From positions 1-52,734 of the forward strand of contig NZ_JAUSCH010000057.1 of assembly GCF_030651595.1 (NCBI RefSeq): DNA of 52,734 nucleotides, read 5' to 3'. The notes under the pieces were generated by a model that saw only the letters and a program-made list of their open reading frames with translations, was not told the DNA's origin and did not search any database. This document shows, in pieces, positions 1 through 9,337 of the stretch. The stretch comes from Candidatus Oleimmundimicrobium sp. GTDB lineage: Bacteria > Actinomycetota > Aquicultoria > UBA3085 > Oleimmundimicrobiaceae. The first letter of the stretch is position 1. Each line of letters opens with the position of its first letter. The position numbers and the translations under genes are program-made.

Positions 1-4
1 TCAT

Positions 5-76
5 TATTTTTTTGCTTTTTAGAACCCGGTGAGTTATTTATGGGCGACCCTCCTACGGCAGGCAAGCCGGGTAAAC
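5..76 (+). repeat. Partial copy of the intergenic repeat module (GCGACCCTCC...GGCAGGCAAGC core)
   Basis: tttttagaacccggtgagttatttatgggcgaccctcctacggcaggcaagc aligns with the reverse complement of ~31590-31660 and with the GCGACCCTCC cores at ~18169 and ~36459. Confidence 0.65.
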
Positions 77-151
77 CAGTGATTTATAGCACCAACTTGC
101 AACCCCCCCTTTCTTTCTGCAACCCCATGAAAAATCGAGTAGAATCAAGAT

Positions 152-436
152 ATGGAAGATTATAAAAAGATTCAAAGGATAAAAAAACAAAATGAACCAC
201 GTCTGATGAAACACTCGCATGTTGTGGGAATCGGTATTGGAAAGAAGAAAGTTAAAAGCGAAGTCCTGCACCAGGAAACCTATATTAGATGCATAAACAT
301 CTATGTCACAAAAAAGCTTCCCGAAGAGAAACTTTCTAAAGATGAAATAATCCCCAAAGAAATTGAAGGCATACCGACGCGCGTTATCGAAGTAGGAGAA
401 GTTAAAACCTATCAAGACAAGGAGAGAAATGAATAA
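152..436 (+). CDS. Stand-alone homolog of the N-terminal domain of the adjacent NAL1-like serine protease
   Basis: VVGIGIGKK...IYVTKKLPEEKLSKDEIIPKEIEGIPTRVIEVGEV aligns with IVGVGFGPK...YYVEKKLPVDELLKKDIIPK...TDVIEIGKI of the next ORF; 8-nt overlap with it. Confidence 0.8.
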   Translation: MEDYKKIQRIKKQNEPRLMKHSHVVGIGIGKKKVKSEVLHQETYIRCINIYVTKKLPEEKLSKDEIIPKEIEGIPTRVIEVGEVKTYQDKERNE

Positions 437-1400
437 TCCAAAACTTTCCCCCATTGAAAAAATAATAAGAAGCGCGGAACCAGAAATCGGAACAAAAAAC
501 ATCGTCGGTGTCGGTTTTGGCCCAAAAATTGTCGAAGGAAAAATAACAAAAGAAAAATCCTTAAGATACTATGTTGAGAAGAAACTTCCCGTTGATGAGC
601 TCCTAAAGAAAGATATCATTCCAAAAACCTTATCCGTATCCACATTTGGATTAAGAAAATTCAAACAAAAAAAGAAGATTGTAACGGATGTAATCGAAAT
701 TGGGAAAATTGAAGCTCTTGCCTATCCCTCCATGGCTTACCGGGAAAAAATTAGGCCCGCGCCGGGCGGAGTAAGCATAGCTCATAAAAAAGTAGGAGCG
801 GGAACACTTGGCGTCGTCGTAAGGGATAAAAAAACAGGCAAAAAACTAATTTTAAGTAATAACCACGTTCTGGCAAACGAAAACAGGGCCAAAAAGGGCA
901 ACCCGATAATTCAACCGGGCATATTGGACGGTGGCCACAAAAGAAAAGATGTCATAGCAAAATTACTAAGGTGGGTTAAGATTGATTTTTATAATCCAAA
1001 CACCGTGGACGCGGCGTTGGCGGAGCCCTTGAGCGAAGATTTGGTGGAGGAAACAATCCTCGACATCGGAAAAGTAGGCGGAGTTACCAAAGCAAGGGTT
1101 GGTATGATAGTTCAAAAGACCGGGCGCACAACGGGCCACACATACGGGGAAGTTTTAGATACTAAAGCATCCATACGAATACATTATGACAAAGGTGTGC
1201 CGCTTTTTAGAAATCAAATTCTTACAACTTTCATGTCCCAACCAGGCGATTCCGGTTCTTTGGTCTTAACAAGGGATAAAAAAGCATGCGGTCTGCTCTT
1301 TGCCGGCTCCGATATCGTCTCAATTCACAATCACATCGCAGAAGTTCTTAAGCAATTGGATGTTGAGATATTTATTGATTATGAAGATGAAAATATCTAA
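429..1400 (+). CDS. Trypsin-like (S1/PA clan) serine protease, NAL1-like, cytoplasmic
   Basis: Triad motifs LSNNHV, TVDAALA and PGDSGS; KTGRTTG motif; no signal peptide. Confidence 0.85.
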   Translation: MNNPKLSPIEKIIRSAEPEIGTKNIVGVGFGPKIVEGKITKEKSLRYYVEKKLPVDELLKKDIIPKTLSVSTFGLRKFKQKKKIVTDVIEIGKIEALAYPSMAYREKIRPAPGGVSIAHKKVGAGTLGVVVRDKKTGKKLILSNNHVLANENRAKKGNPIIQPGILDGGHKRKDVIAKLLRWVKIDFYNPNTVDAALAEPLSEDLVEETILDIGKVGGVTKARVGMIVQKTGRTTGHTYGEVLDTKASIRIHYDKGVPLFRNQILTTFMSQPGDSGSLVLTRDKKACGLLFAGSDIVSIHNHIAEVLKQLDVEIFIDYEDENI

Positions 1401-1423
1401 AACTTTGTGGTTAAAATAGATAC

Positions 1424-1653
1424 GAGATTGCCACGCCGTGCCTACCGGCAGGCAGGTCGCTTACGCTCCTCGCAATGGCAGAAAGCGGAAGCTCAAGCGC
1501 AGCTCCTGTGCCAGGCAATGACGTTTTTCTTCTTTTGTCATCACGAGTGAACGAAGTGAGCGTGGTGATCTCGAAGCTCCTGGTAAACAGAGATTGCTTC
1601 GTCCTGATAAACATCGGGACTCGCAATGACAGGAAATGGGAGCTCGCAATGAC
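1424..1653. repeat. Cluster of REP-like palindromes (GAGATTGC...hairpin...CTCGCAATGAC) in alternating orientation
   Basis: Copies at 1424-1479 (+), 1537-1572 (-) and 1590-1630 (+); extra tails at ~1513-1521 and 1643-1653. Confidence 0.8.
1436..1456 (-). mobile_element. 21-bp micro-insertion CCTGCCTGCCGGTAGGCACGG, copy 1
   Basis: Exact reverse complement of 36371-36391 and 36802-36822; interrupts a REP-like unit. Confidence 0.7.
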
Positions 1654-1689
1654 AGCAGGCAACCAATAACTTCATTATAAGGAACCAAG

Positions 1690-2235
1690 ATGAACATAAA
1701 AGTAAATAAAACTACCCTTTCTTTAATCCAAGGAGATATAACCAAACAAGATACCGAGGCCATAGTAAATGCCGCAAACAGTTCTCTTATTGGTGGCGGT
1801 GGCGTGGACGGCGCAATTCACAAAATCGGCGGACCCAAAATTCTCAAAGAATGCAAAGAGATAATCAAGAAAATCGGACGACTTCCTACAGGTGAGGCAG
1901 TTATAACAACCGGAGGGAGCCTCCTTGCCAAATACGTGATTCACACTGTAGGTCCCATTTGGAGAGGTAGAAAAAACCGAGAGCCGGAGCTTTTGAAAGA
2001 TGCCTACACAAATAGTTTAAAACTTGCCATGAAAAAAGAGATTAAAACCATCGCTTTCCCGTCAATCAGCACAGGGGCTTACAGGTATCCACTCAAAGAA
2101 GCAGCAAAAATCGCCTTAAAAACAGTAGTAGATTTCTTAAAAGAAAACAACAAATTTGATGAGGTGAAATTCGTTCTCTTTACCGAAGAAACTTATCTTG
2201 TATACAAGGAAACTTTAAATCTAATTAAAGGTTAG
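1690..2235 (+). CDS. Macrodomain protein (O-acetyl-ADP-ribose deacetylase / ADP-ribosyl hydrolase, YmdB/MacroD-like)
   Basis: QGDIT, IVNAANSSLIGGGGVDGAIH, VIHTVGP and FPSISTGAY motifs. Confidence 0.92.
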   Translation: MNIKVNKTTLSLIQGDITKQDTEAIVNAANSSLIGGGGVDGAIHKIGGPKILKECKEIIKKIGRLPTGEAVITTGGSLLAKYVIHTVGPIWRGRKNREPELLKDAYTNSLKLAMKKEIKTIAFPSISTGAYRYPLKEAAKIALKTVVDFLKENNKFDEVKFVLFTEETYLVYKETLNLIKG

Positions 2236-2576
2236 GCTGTCTTTTTCGCAAAACCTCCAAGAATTTTCCCGGCTCCTAAAATCAATACAGCAATCGCAAC
2301 CAGAATCGCCACATCAACAACCGCGGGAATTTCAATACCTTCTTCCACTTCATGTTCATCTTCTCCATGCTCGATTGTTTCATGCTCTGCCTCTTCTGCC
2401 TCATGCTCTATTACAATATGTTCCTCTTCGTGTTCCGCTTCTTCATGGACTTTTTCTCCATGCTCCACGGCTAAAACAAGATTACTATTAAGCGATGTGA
2501 TTGAAAAAATAGCCAGTAACGCGACTAATAAAACCAATACGGACAACCCTTTATTAGATAGCCTTCCTGACATCAT
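2232..2576 (-). CDS. Small membrane-anchored protein with a His/Glu-rich segment
   Basis: Hydrophobic N-terminus, central region with 8 His among acidic residues, C-terminal hydrophobic helix; GGAGG RBS upstream. Confidence 0.7.
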   Translation of the reverse strand: MMSGRLSNKGLSVLVLLVALLAIFSITSLNSNLVLAVEHGEKVHEEAEHEEEHIVIEHEAEEAEHETIEHGEDEHEVEEGIEIPAVVDVAILVAIAVLILGAGKILGGFAKKTA

Positions 2577-2688
2577 TTCCTCCCAAACGCTTTATTTAAA
2601 TTCCATTAATAAAATTTTTCAAATCCTTTTTCTTTTCTTGTTTATTTTTAAATCGAGCTAAAATTTATACTTAAAAGAGCATTGAATT

Positions 2689-3201
2689 TTAGGATTTCTT
2701 TTTCTTGGCAAATCCTTCTTCCCAGGAGTCAATAAGAAGTTTTTTTGCTTTTGTCTCACTTGTTTGTTTAGTATTCATTATTAAACTACTCAATATACAA
2801 AGCCCTCTTTTTAACAAATCATCCTCAACCCTGCTCAATTTACTACTTTCTTTTTTGTATAACAGATCACAAACCCCTTCGACCACATCAAAAACCGATG
2901 AACTCCCTACCATATCCAGATAATAAGAACGAGCAAAAGCGCCTTCTTCCTCTTTGGATTTTGGCTTACTTGCTTTTTCTTTAAGAACGTTTAAAACCTC
3001 TTTGATTTCTTTTTTTGACAAAACACTTCTTAATCCTAATTCATCCGCCTTCTCAAATGGCACCATTATCTTCATATTTTCATCTGAAAATAATAATACA
3101 TAATATTTCTTTTTCTCATCATTAAATTTCTTGGTTGTTACATCCTCAATAATTCCAATTCCATGATATGGATAAAAAACTTTCTCTCCCTTTTTATGCA
3201 T
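2689..3201 (-). CDS. CarD-like/TRCF-domain transcriptional regulator (divergent)
   Basis: KGEKVFYPYHGIGII and MKIMVP...GLR motifs of the CarD RNAP-interaction domain. Confidence 0.8.
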   Translation of the reverse strand: MHKKGEKVFYPYHGIGIIEDVTTKKFNDEKKKYYVLLFSDENMKIMVPFEKADELGLRSVLSKKEIKEVLNVLKEKASKPKSKEEEGAFARSYYLDMVGSSSVFDVVEGVCDLLYKKESSKLSRVEDDLLKRGLCILSSLIMNTKQTSETKAKKLLIDSWEEGFAKKKKS

Positions 3202-3399
3202 AATTTTTCCCCTAACTAACGGTTTTTTTTAATCTCATCATTTGTTAATAATAACGCAAAATCGACCTTAATCCACGAAAAAAAATGCTTAATACCGTTT
3301 AGCTGGCAAAATAACACATGCGTTTAATCCCGGCTCTATGTTAAGCAGCAATAAGCAAAATTTAAAAAGGAATTAAAAAGCATCGAAATTAACAGCCAC

Positions 3400-4446
3400 T
3401 CAATCATTCTCAATTTCATCCGAAGTTTTGCCGACGTTTAAAAGCTTGTCACCCAAACGCTCAAGCTTTCTTTCAGACTCTTCATATTTATTTTTTGCAT
3501 TTGAGATGTGTCTTCCAACAACCTCAAAATCGTCTCTAAAACGAGTAAGATCTCCTTGCAATCGCCCCAAATAATTCATTACCTTTTTAGCATTTTTCTC
3601 AATCGAAAGACCCTTTAACCCCATGACTATAACCTGCAAATAAGCAAGAAACGTGTTGGGTGATACAGGAATTACCCTTTTTCCGACAGCGTAATCACAA
3701 ATGTTCTCCTCGGAATTATCACCTGACACTATGACCTCATAATAAACATTTTCAGCCGGGATATACATGAAAGCAAAATCTGAAGTTCCTTCATCCGGAA
3801 GAATATACTTCTGAGCAATGGCATCTACATGTTTTTTTACATCACGGGCAAAACTTTTCCGGTTAATTTTACGTTCCTCCTCCGTTTGGCTTTCAATTAA
3901 ACGTCTAAAATTTTCAAGAGGAAATTTTGAATCGACCGGCACTAACATCTTGCCGATATAAACAATGGCATCAACCTTTTCGCCACTTCGAAAACTATAT
4001 CCCATCTGAAAATATTTTTTTGGAAGAACTTGAGACAATAATTCTTCTAAGAACATCTCACCCATCATCCCACGCAACTTGGGCGCTTGCAAAATATCCT
4101 GAAGTTTTGAGATGTCTTTTCCCACATCAATCATCTGGTCAGTAGCTTTAGAAAGTTCACCTAAGCCCTTTTGAACATCGCCTACAACCCTGGTTGCTCC
4201 TTGAAGCCGTTCTCCTAAGGTTTTATTTGAATCAGCCATAAGCTTGCTGATGCTTTCAAGTCGCTCATCCATACGCTTATTACCTTCACTTAAACTATCG
4301 CGTACCTGTTTTTGAAGTTCTAAAATTTGTTGCTGTAAAAGAGGAATTGACGTCCCTTCTTGTTTAGACCTAAAGACAAGCCCAAAAAACCCAATACAAA
4401 ACAAGATGGCTATAAAAACGAGCAAAGCAACGAAATATGTCTCCAC
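3400..4446 (-). CDS. rmuC: DNA recombination protein RmuC
   Basis: N-terminal TM and coiled coil; RGMMGE, VPVDSKFP, YILP..GTSDFAFMYIPAE and SPNT motifs. Confidence 0.92.
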   Translation of the reverse strand: METYFVALLVFIAILFCIGFFGLVFRSKQEGTSIPLLQQQILELQKQVRDSLSEGNKRMDERLESISKLMADSNKTLGERLQGATRVVGDVQKGLGELSKATDQMIDVGKDISKLQDILQAPKLRGMMGEMFLEELLSQVLPKKYFQMGYSFRSGEKVDAIVYIGKMLVPVDSKFPLENFRRLIESQTEEERKINRKSFARDVKKHVDAIAQKYILPDEGTSDFAFMYIPAENVYYEVIVSGDNSEENICDYAVGKRVIPVSPNTFLAYLQVIVMGLKGLSIEKNAKKVMNYLGRLQGDLTRFRDDFEVVGRHISNAKNKYEESERKLERLGDKLLNVGKTSDEIEND

Positions 4447-4559
4447 TTAATTGCCTCCATGTATTTTTATTACCAATAACCTCATTATACCTGGCGAAAC
4501 AGCATACAGCAAACAAATGTTCTCACGAGGAAGCTAAAACAGTAATCTCTTATAAAAAA

Positions 4560-5036
4560 TCAATCTTCAACCTTTTTTGCTTTCAATAGTTCTTCAAGAA
4601 TACAAAGATTTAACACATCTTCTTCATTATATTTTAAAAGCACTTCAAGCGCTTTTCTATCACTACGCGTTTCATATTTAGACCAAAGTTTAACTGCATC
4701 ATAACCATTCATATCAGGTAAATCTCTGTGAATTCCAAGCTTTTTTTCCACTTTCTTTAAACCACCATACAAATTATGTTCCCAACAATCGTACATTAAA
4801 TCAAGCGACTTAAAACAGCCCATCAAATCCAATCCCAGATGTTTATAAATAACAGGGAGGTCGAAACGGTCGCCATTGTAAGTAACAATTGCTTCAGCAT
4901 CATTTAAAAAATCAAGTATTTCTTGGGAAGTAATGTTTGGTAAAACAAGCTGCTTTAAATCTTTGCTGGGTCGATACATACCAACAACAGTTATTCTCCC
5001 ATCAGAGGATGTTTCAATATCCAGATATGCCTTCAA
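4560..5036 (-). CDS. RNase H-like / DEDD exonuclease (YprB-like)
   Basis: YLDIET, TYNGDRFDLP, GGLKKVEKKLG and YNEEDV motifs. Confidence 0.85.
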   Translation of the reverse strand: MKAYLDIETSSDGRITVVGMYRPSKDLKQLVLPNITSQEILDFLNDAEAIVTYNGDRFDLPVIYKHLGLDLMGCFKSLDLMYDCWEHNLYGGLKKVEKKLGIHRDLPDMNGYDAVKLWSKYETRSDRKALEVLLKYNEEDVLNLCILEELLKAKKVED

Positions 5037-5232
5037 ATTCTGCCCCTAAACTTCACTTAAACTTTTTTAATTTTATATCTTTTTAAATAGTTATTTAATC
5101 TTTAAAGCTTTTGTTCCATATAAATCACAATAAATTTATTGCCTTTTTGATTAAATGCTTAAGATAATGTTTTAGTAAATTTCTTTGGGAAATTAACCTT
5201 GTCTAAACAAAGTTAGATTAAATTTAACTGTA

Positions 5233-6003
5233 TTAACCTATATCTTTCCCAAGAGCTTTAGCCACGGGCCGAATTTCCTTAATTAGTTGCTCAAGCTCGA
5301 TAGGAGTTAGTGATTGGGCTCCATCACATAAAGCTTTTTTAGGGTTTGGATGCACCTCAACCATTATTCCATCAGCCCCCGCCGCAACAGCGGCTCTGCT
5401 CATTGGGATAACCATATCCGCGTGACCCGTCGAATGACTGGTATCAACTACTATTGGATGAGTACTTAATTTTTTAACCACCGGAACAGCATTTAAATCA
5501 AGTGTAAATCGCGTGGCAGTTTCAAAGGTTCTTATCCCACGCTCACACAAAACAACATTTGGATTTCCCGCCGAAGTAATATACTCGGCTGCAAGCAGCC
5601 ACTCTTCAATTTTGGCTGAAAACCCTCTTTTAAGTAGAACTGTCTTTTTATTTAAGGCCGTTATCTTGCCAAGTTTTTTAAGAAGCGAGTAATTATCCAT
5701 GTTTCGTGCCCCAACTTGAAGAACATCAACATATTTTGCAACAAGTTCGGCAAGTTCAGAGTCGGTAACCTCAGTTATAGTCGTGAGCCCAAAGCGCTTT
5801 CCGGCTTCAGAAAGATACTTTAATCCTTCTTCTCCAAGGCCTTGAAAACTATAAGGAGATGAGCGTGGTTTATAAGCCCCACCTCTTAAATATTTTATAC
5901 CGGCCTCTTTTACCGCTTTAGCCACTTCAAGTAGCTGTTCCTTGCTTTCAATTGCACAAGGACCAGCTATTACAACAACTTTTTTTGAGTTAAAAGCATC
6001 CAT
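5233..6003 (-). CDS. aroF: Type I-beta DAHP synthase (3-deoxy-7-phosphoheptulonate synthase) without a fused regulatory domain
   Basis: [38 protein letters not shown] and EVHPNP...DG motifs. Confidence 0.92.
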   Translation of the reverse strand: MDAFNSKKVVVIAGPCAIESKEQLLEVAKAVKEAGIKYLRGGAYKPRSSPYSFQGLGEEGLKYLSEAGKRFGLTTITEVTDSELAELVAKYVDVLQVGARNMDNYSLLKKLGKITALNKKTVLLKRGFSAKIEEWLLAAEYITSAGNPNVVLCERGIRTFETATRFTLDLNAVPVVKKLSTHPIVVDTSHSTGHADMVIPMSRAAVAAGADGIMVEVHPNPKKALCDGAQSLTPIELEQLIKEIRPVAKALGKDIG

Positions 6004-6273
6004 TTATTTCTCCAAATCTTTCATACAATGCAGAATTACCTCGTATATTTCATGGATTGCATCATCATAAAGAGGGCCTGAGTTACAGGCCGAAATCTTC
6101 TCAAATATCTCTTCCTCCCGACGAGGATCATAAACGGGAAAAGCTCCTTCGGCTTTCAATTTTTTTACCTTTAAAACTATTTTTGTCCTCTCATTTAAAA
6201 TTTTTACCAGGTTCTCGTCTATTTTATCAATTTCTTCCCGAAGCTTTTCCAGCTCCTTTTCAATTTCCGTCAT
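6004..6273 (-). CDS. Chorismate mutase, AroQ (type II) class
   Basis: LREEIDKIDENLVKILNER and YDPRREEEI motifs. Confidence 0.88.
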   Translation of the reverse strand: MTEIEKELEKLREEIDKIDENLVKILNERTKIVLKVKKLKAEGAFPVYDPRREEEIFEKISACNSGPLYDDAIHEIYEVILHCMKDLEK

Positions 6274-6285
6274 AAAACCCCCTTG

Positions 6286-6361
6286 TAGTCGGTAGTCGGT
6301 AGTCGTTAAGGAATCTCCAATTTGTTCTTGATTCCTAACTACTTACTACTGACTTTCCACT
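6286..6361. repeat. Inverted arrays of 7-bp repeats around a short IR
   Basis: TAGTCGG TAGTCGG TAGTCGT TAAGGAATC ... GATTCCTAA CTACTTA CTACTGA. Confidence 0.65.
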
Positions 6362-6364
6362 TAT

Positions 6365-7924
6365 CTATTCCCACTCAATTGTACTCGGTGGTTTTGAGCT
6401 AATATCATATGCGACCCGATTTACCCCTGAAACTTCATTTATTATTCGATTGGATAATCTCTCTAAGACATCATAAGGCAATCTTGCCCAATCCGCTGTC
6501 ATAGCATCTTCAGATGTAACCGCCCTAATAATTATTGGATAAGAATAAGTTCTTTCATCTCCCATAACACCAACACTTTTAACACATGCCAAAACCGCAA
6601 ACGACTGCCAGAGACTCCGATAAAGATTTGCTCTTTTTGTCTCTTCCGTTACTATGGCATCGGCTTGTCTTAAAATTTCCAGCCGTTCAGATGTAACCTC
6701 CCCAATTATTCTTATGGCCAGTCCCGGGCCGGGGAATGGTTGTCGCCAAACAATCTCTTCAGATAAACCAAGCTCCTCGCCCATCGCCCTAACTTCATCT
6801 TTAAAAAGCAATCTAAGAGGCTCAATAAGTTTAAAGTCCATTTTCAACGGCAACCCACCCACATTGTGATGGGTTTTTATCTTAGCAGCATCCCTGGTTC
6901 CGCTCTCAATTACATCGGGATATAAAGTTCCTTGAACTAAAAAATTTACATCTTTAAGTTCATGGGCAAATTCTTCAAAAACCCTAATAAACTCCTCACC
7001 AATAACAACTCTTTTCTTTTCGGGGTCAGTAATCCCCTTAAGTTTTTTTAAGAAACGCTCTCGGGCATCTATTTGAACCAGGTTAATCTTAAAATTTCTT
7101 CTGAAAGTTTCTTCTACCTGCTCGGCCTCCCCTTTTCGAAGTAGACCATGATTAACAAAGACACAAGTAAGTTGGTCCCCGACGGCCTTGTGAACCAAAA
7201 CTGCCGCAACCGCGGAATCAACGCCACCACTTAACCCACAAATTATCTTATTTTTGCCCACCTTTTCTTTAATATCCTTAATGGACCTCTCAATAATGGA
7301 AACCATTGTCCAAGATGGATTACATTGACAAGCAATATAAAGAAAGTTCTTTAAGATATCGAGGCCAAAAGGAGTGTGAGCCACTTCAGGGTGAAATTGA
7401 ACACCATAAATGTTTTTCTCCACATTCTCCATGGCGGCCACCTTGGTTGATTCAGTGCTTGCAACAAGCTCAAACCCGGTTGGCATAGTTTTTACTGAAT
7501 CACGATGGCTCATCCAAACACTTTGCTCAAGGGGAATTTCTTTAAAAAGTAGTGTATCTTCTTTGGCAAAAAGTTTAGTCTTCCCGTATTCGCTCTTTCC
7601 TGTTTTAGCAACTTCTCCACCCAACATCTTTGCCATAAGCTGCATCCCATAACAAATACCAAGAATGGGAATTCCAAGCTCAAATATCTTTTTGTTGTAT
7701 AACGGAGAACCCGGAACATGGACACTGGCAGGGCCACCTGAAAGTATAAGGCCAACGGGATTAATTTTTTTTATTTCATCAACTGAAATATCATAAGGAA
7801 CAATTTCAGAATAAACTTTACATTCCCTGACACGCCTGGCAATTAGCCGGCTATATTGAGCCCCAAAGTCCAGCACCAGCACCTTTTGTATGTTTTTGCC
7901 TTGATTCCCGCCCATCACAATCAC
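6365..7924 (-). CDS. guaA: GMP synthase (glutamine-hydrolysing)
   Basis: [34 protein letters not shown] and KPPSTIEWE motifs. Confidence 0.97.
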   Translation of the reverse strand: MIVMGGNQGKNIQKVLVLDFGAQYSRLIARRVRECKVYSEIVPYDISVDEIKKINPVGLILSGGPASVHVPGSPLYNKKIFELGIPILGICYGMQLMAKMLGGEVAKTGKSEYGKTKLFAKEDTLLFKEIPLEQSVWMSHRDSVKTMPTGFELVASTESTKVAAMENVEKNIYGVQFHPEVAHTPFGLDILKNFLYIACQCNPSWTMVSIIERSIKDIKEKVGKNKIICGLSGGVDSAVAAVLVHKAVGDQLTCVFVNHGLLRKGEAEQVEETFRRNFKINLVQIDARERFLKKLKGITDPEKKRVVIGEEFIRVFEEFAHELKDVNFLVQGTLYPDVIESGTRDAAKIKTHHNVGGLPLKMDFKLIEPLRLLFKDEVRAMGEELGLSEEIVWRQPFPGPGLAIRIIGEVTSERLEILRQADAIVTEETKRANLYRSLWQSFAVLACVKSVGVMGDERTYSYPIIIRAVTSEDAMTADWARLPYDVLERLSNRIINEVSGVNRVAYDISSKPPSTIEWE

Positions 7925-8010
7925 CTTGCCTCTTAGTTGTTAAATAACAAAAGTTTAAAAAATAAAAATGAGAACTAACAGCTTTTATCTGCCAGCCCTT
8001 TACCCTCACC

Positions 8011-8145
8011 AAATAACCCGGCCTTATCGTCAGACCAGTATCTGGTGGCCTCAATAGCCGATAAGCTCTTAACCTGTATATCTTAACCTATATACTGTAC
8101 AGTTTAGCTCTATGCTCTATCTGTCATCAGCCATCTGCCATCAGC
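8011..8145. repeat. AAATAACCCGG...CTCAATAGCC element followed by degenerate 7-bp repeats
   Basis: Ends shared with 17951-18012 and 25482-25540; followed by CTATGCT CTATCTG TCATCAG CCATCTG CCATCAG. Confidence 0.55.
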
Positions 8146-8147
8146 TT

Positions 8148-9305
8148 CTAACCCATCCCAACGCCCTGAGTTCGTTGAAGAAGTTTCCCCTCAGTTTTAA
8201 AAGAGGGAGCAATCATTACTTCTGCTTGTTGAAAATCCTTTATATTTTTATATCCGCAGGTAGCCATTGATGTTCTAAGCGCTCCAAATAAATTCAAAGT
8301 TCCGTCATTTTCGTAAGCGGGACCAAGAAGTATTTCCTTTAAACTTCCGGCAGTACCGGTATAAACTCTGGTTCCACGAGGAAGATCGGGATGAAATGTT
8401 GCCATTCCCCAATGATAACCTCGGCCGGGTGCCTTTTTTGCGCGCGCTAAGGGTGAACCGATCATTACCATGTCAGCCCCGCAAGCAATTGCCTTCGCAA
8501 TATCTCCACCCGTTCTCATCCCCCCATCAGCTATCACTTTGACATACTTTCCGGTTTCATCTAAATAATGTGTTCTCGCAGCTGCAGCATCAGCAATTGC
8601 TGTAGCCTGCGGCACCCCAACTCCTAACACTTGACGAGTAGTACAAGCAGCACCTGGACCAACTCCTACGAGAATCCCCACCGCGCCAGTTCTCATTAAG
8701 TGAAGCGCTGCAGAGTAAGAACAACAACCGCCGACAATAACGGGAATGGAAACTGACTTAATAAACTTGTTTAAATCTAAAGGCTCACTGGTACTGCTCA
8801 CGTGTTCCGCGCTTACCACCGTTCCCTGAATAACCAATATATCTAAGCCTGCGTCCAACACGATTTTGTAATACTTCATTACGCTCTGAGGCGTAAGTGA
8901 AGCAGCAGCGATAACTCCGCCCTTCTTTATCTCTTTAATTCTTTCATCTATCAACTCAGGTTTTATGGGTTCTTTATATATCTCTTGCATTTTATGAGTT
9001 GCTTCTTCTTTAGAAAATTTTGCAATCTCATCAAGAATAGTGGAAGGATTTTCATATTTTGTCTGAATTCCCTCAAGGTTTATTACAGCTAAACCACCTA
9101 GTTTACCCATTTCAATGGCAAGTTTAGGATTAACTACACCGTCCATTGCTGAAGCCATAACCGGTAGATTAAATTTAAAATCACCTATTTTAGTACTAAT
9201 GTTTATATCTTGGGGGTCTCTTGTTCTCCTACTTGGAACTATTGCGACATCATCGAAACCATAAGCTCTTCTTCCAAATTTACCTTTTCCGATTTCAACT
9301 TCCAT
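8148..9305 (-). CDS. guaB3: IMP dehydrogenase family protein GuaB3
   Basis: GRRAYGFDDVAIVPSRRTRDP, IQGTVVSAEH, GVGPGAACTTR (catalytic Cys) and HWGMAT motifs. Confidence 0.9.
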   Translation of the reverse strand: MEVEIGKGKFGRRAYGFDDVAIVPSRRTRDPQDINISTKIGDFKFNLPVMASAMDGVVNPKLAIEMGKLGGLAVINLEGIQTKYENPSTILDEIAKFSKEEATHKMQEIYKEPIKPELIDERIKEIKKGGVIAAASLTPQSVMKYYKIVLDAGLDILVIQGTVVSAEHVSSTSEPLDLNKFIKSVSIPVIVGGCCSYSAALHLMRTGAVGILVGVGPGAACTTRQVLGVGVPQATAIADAAAARTHYLDETGKYVKVIADGGMRTGGDIAKAIACGADMVMIGSPLARAKKAPGRGYHWGMATFHPDLPRGTRVYTGTAGSLKEILLGPAYENDGTLNLFGALRTSMATCGYKNIKDFQQAEVMIAPSFKTEGKLLQRTQGVGMG

Positions 9306-9337
9306 ACAATTGCCTCCTAAAATAAATTAAAATTTTT

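Noticed and set aside
53-502. 149-aa minus-strand ORF
   Set aside because: Antisense shadow of the two protease-related genes; Phe/Leu-rich as expected from the reverse complement of Lys-rich codons
1411-1763. ORFs 1411-1662, 1461-1763 and 1475-1669
   Set aside because: They run through the GC-rich REP-like palindromes and show no protein motifs
8052-8145. CRISPR array (also the other periodic tracts and repeat mosaics)
   Set aside because: The period is 7 bp with no repeat-spacer alternation, and there are no cas genes
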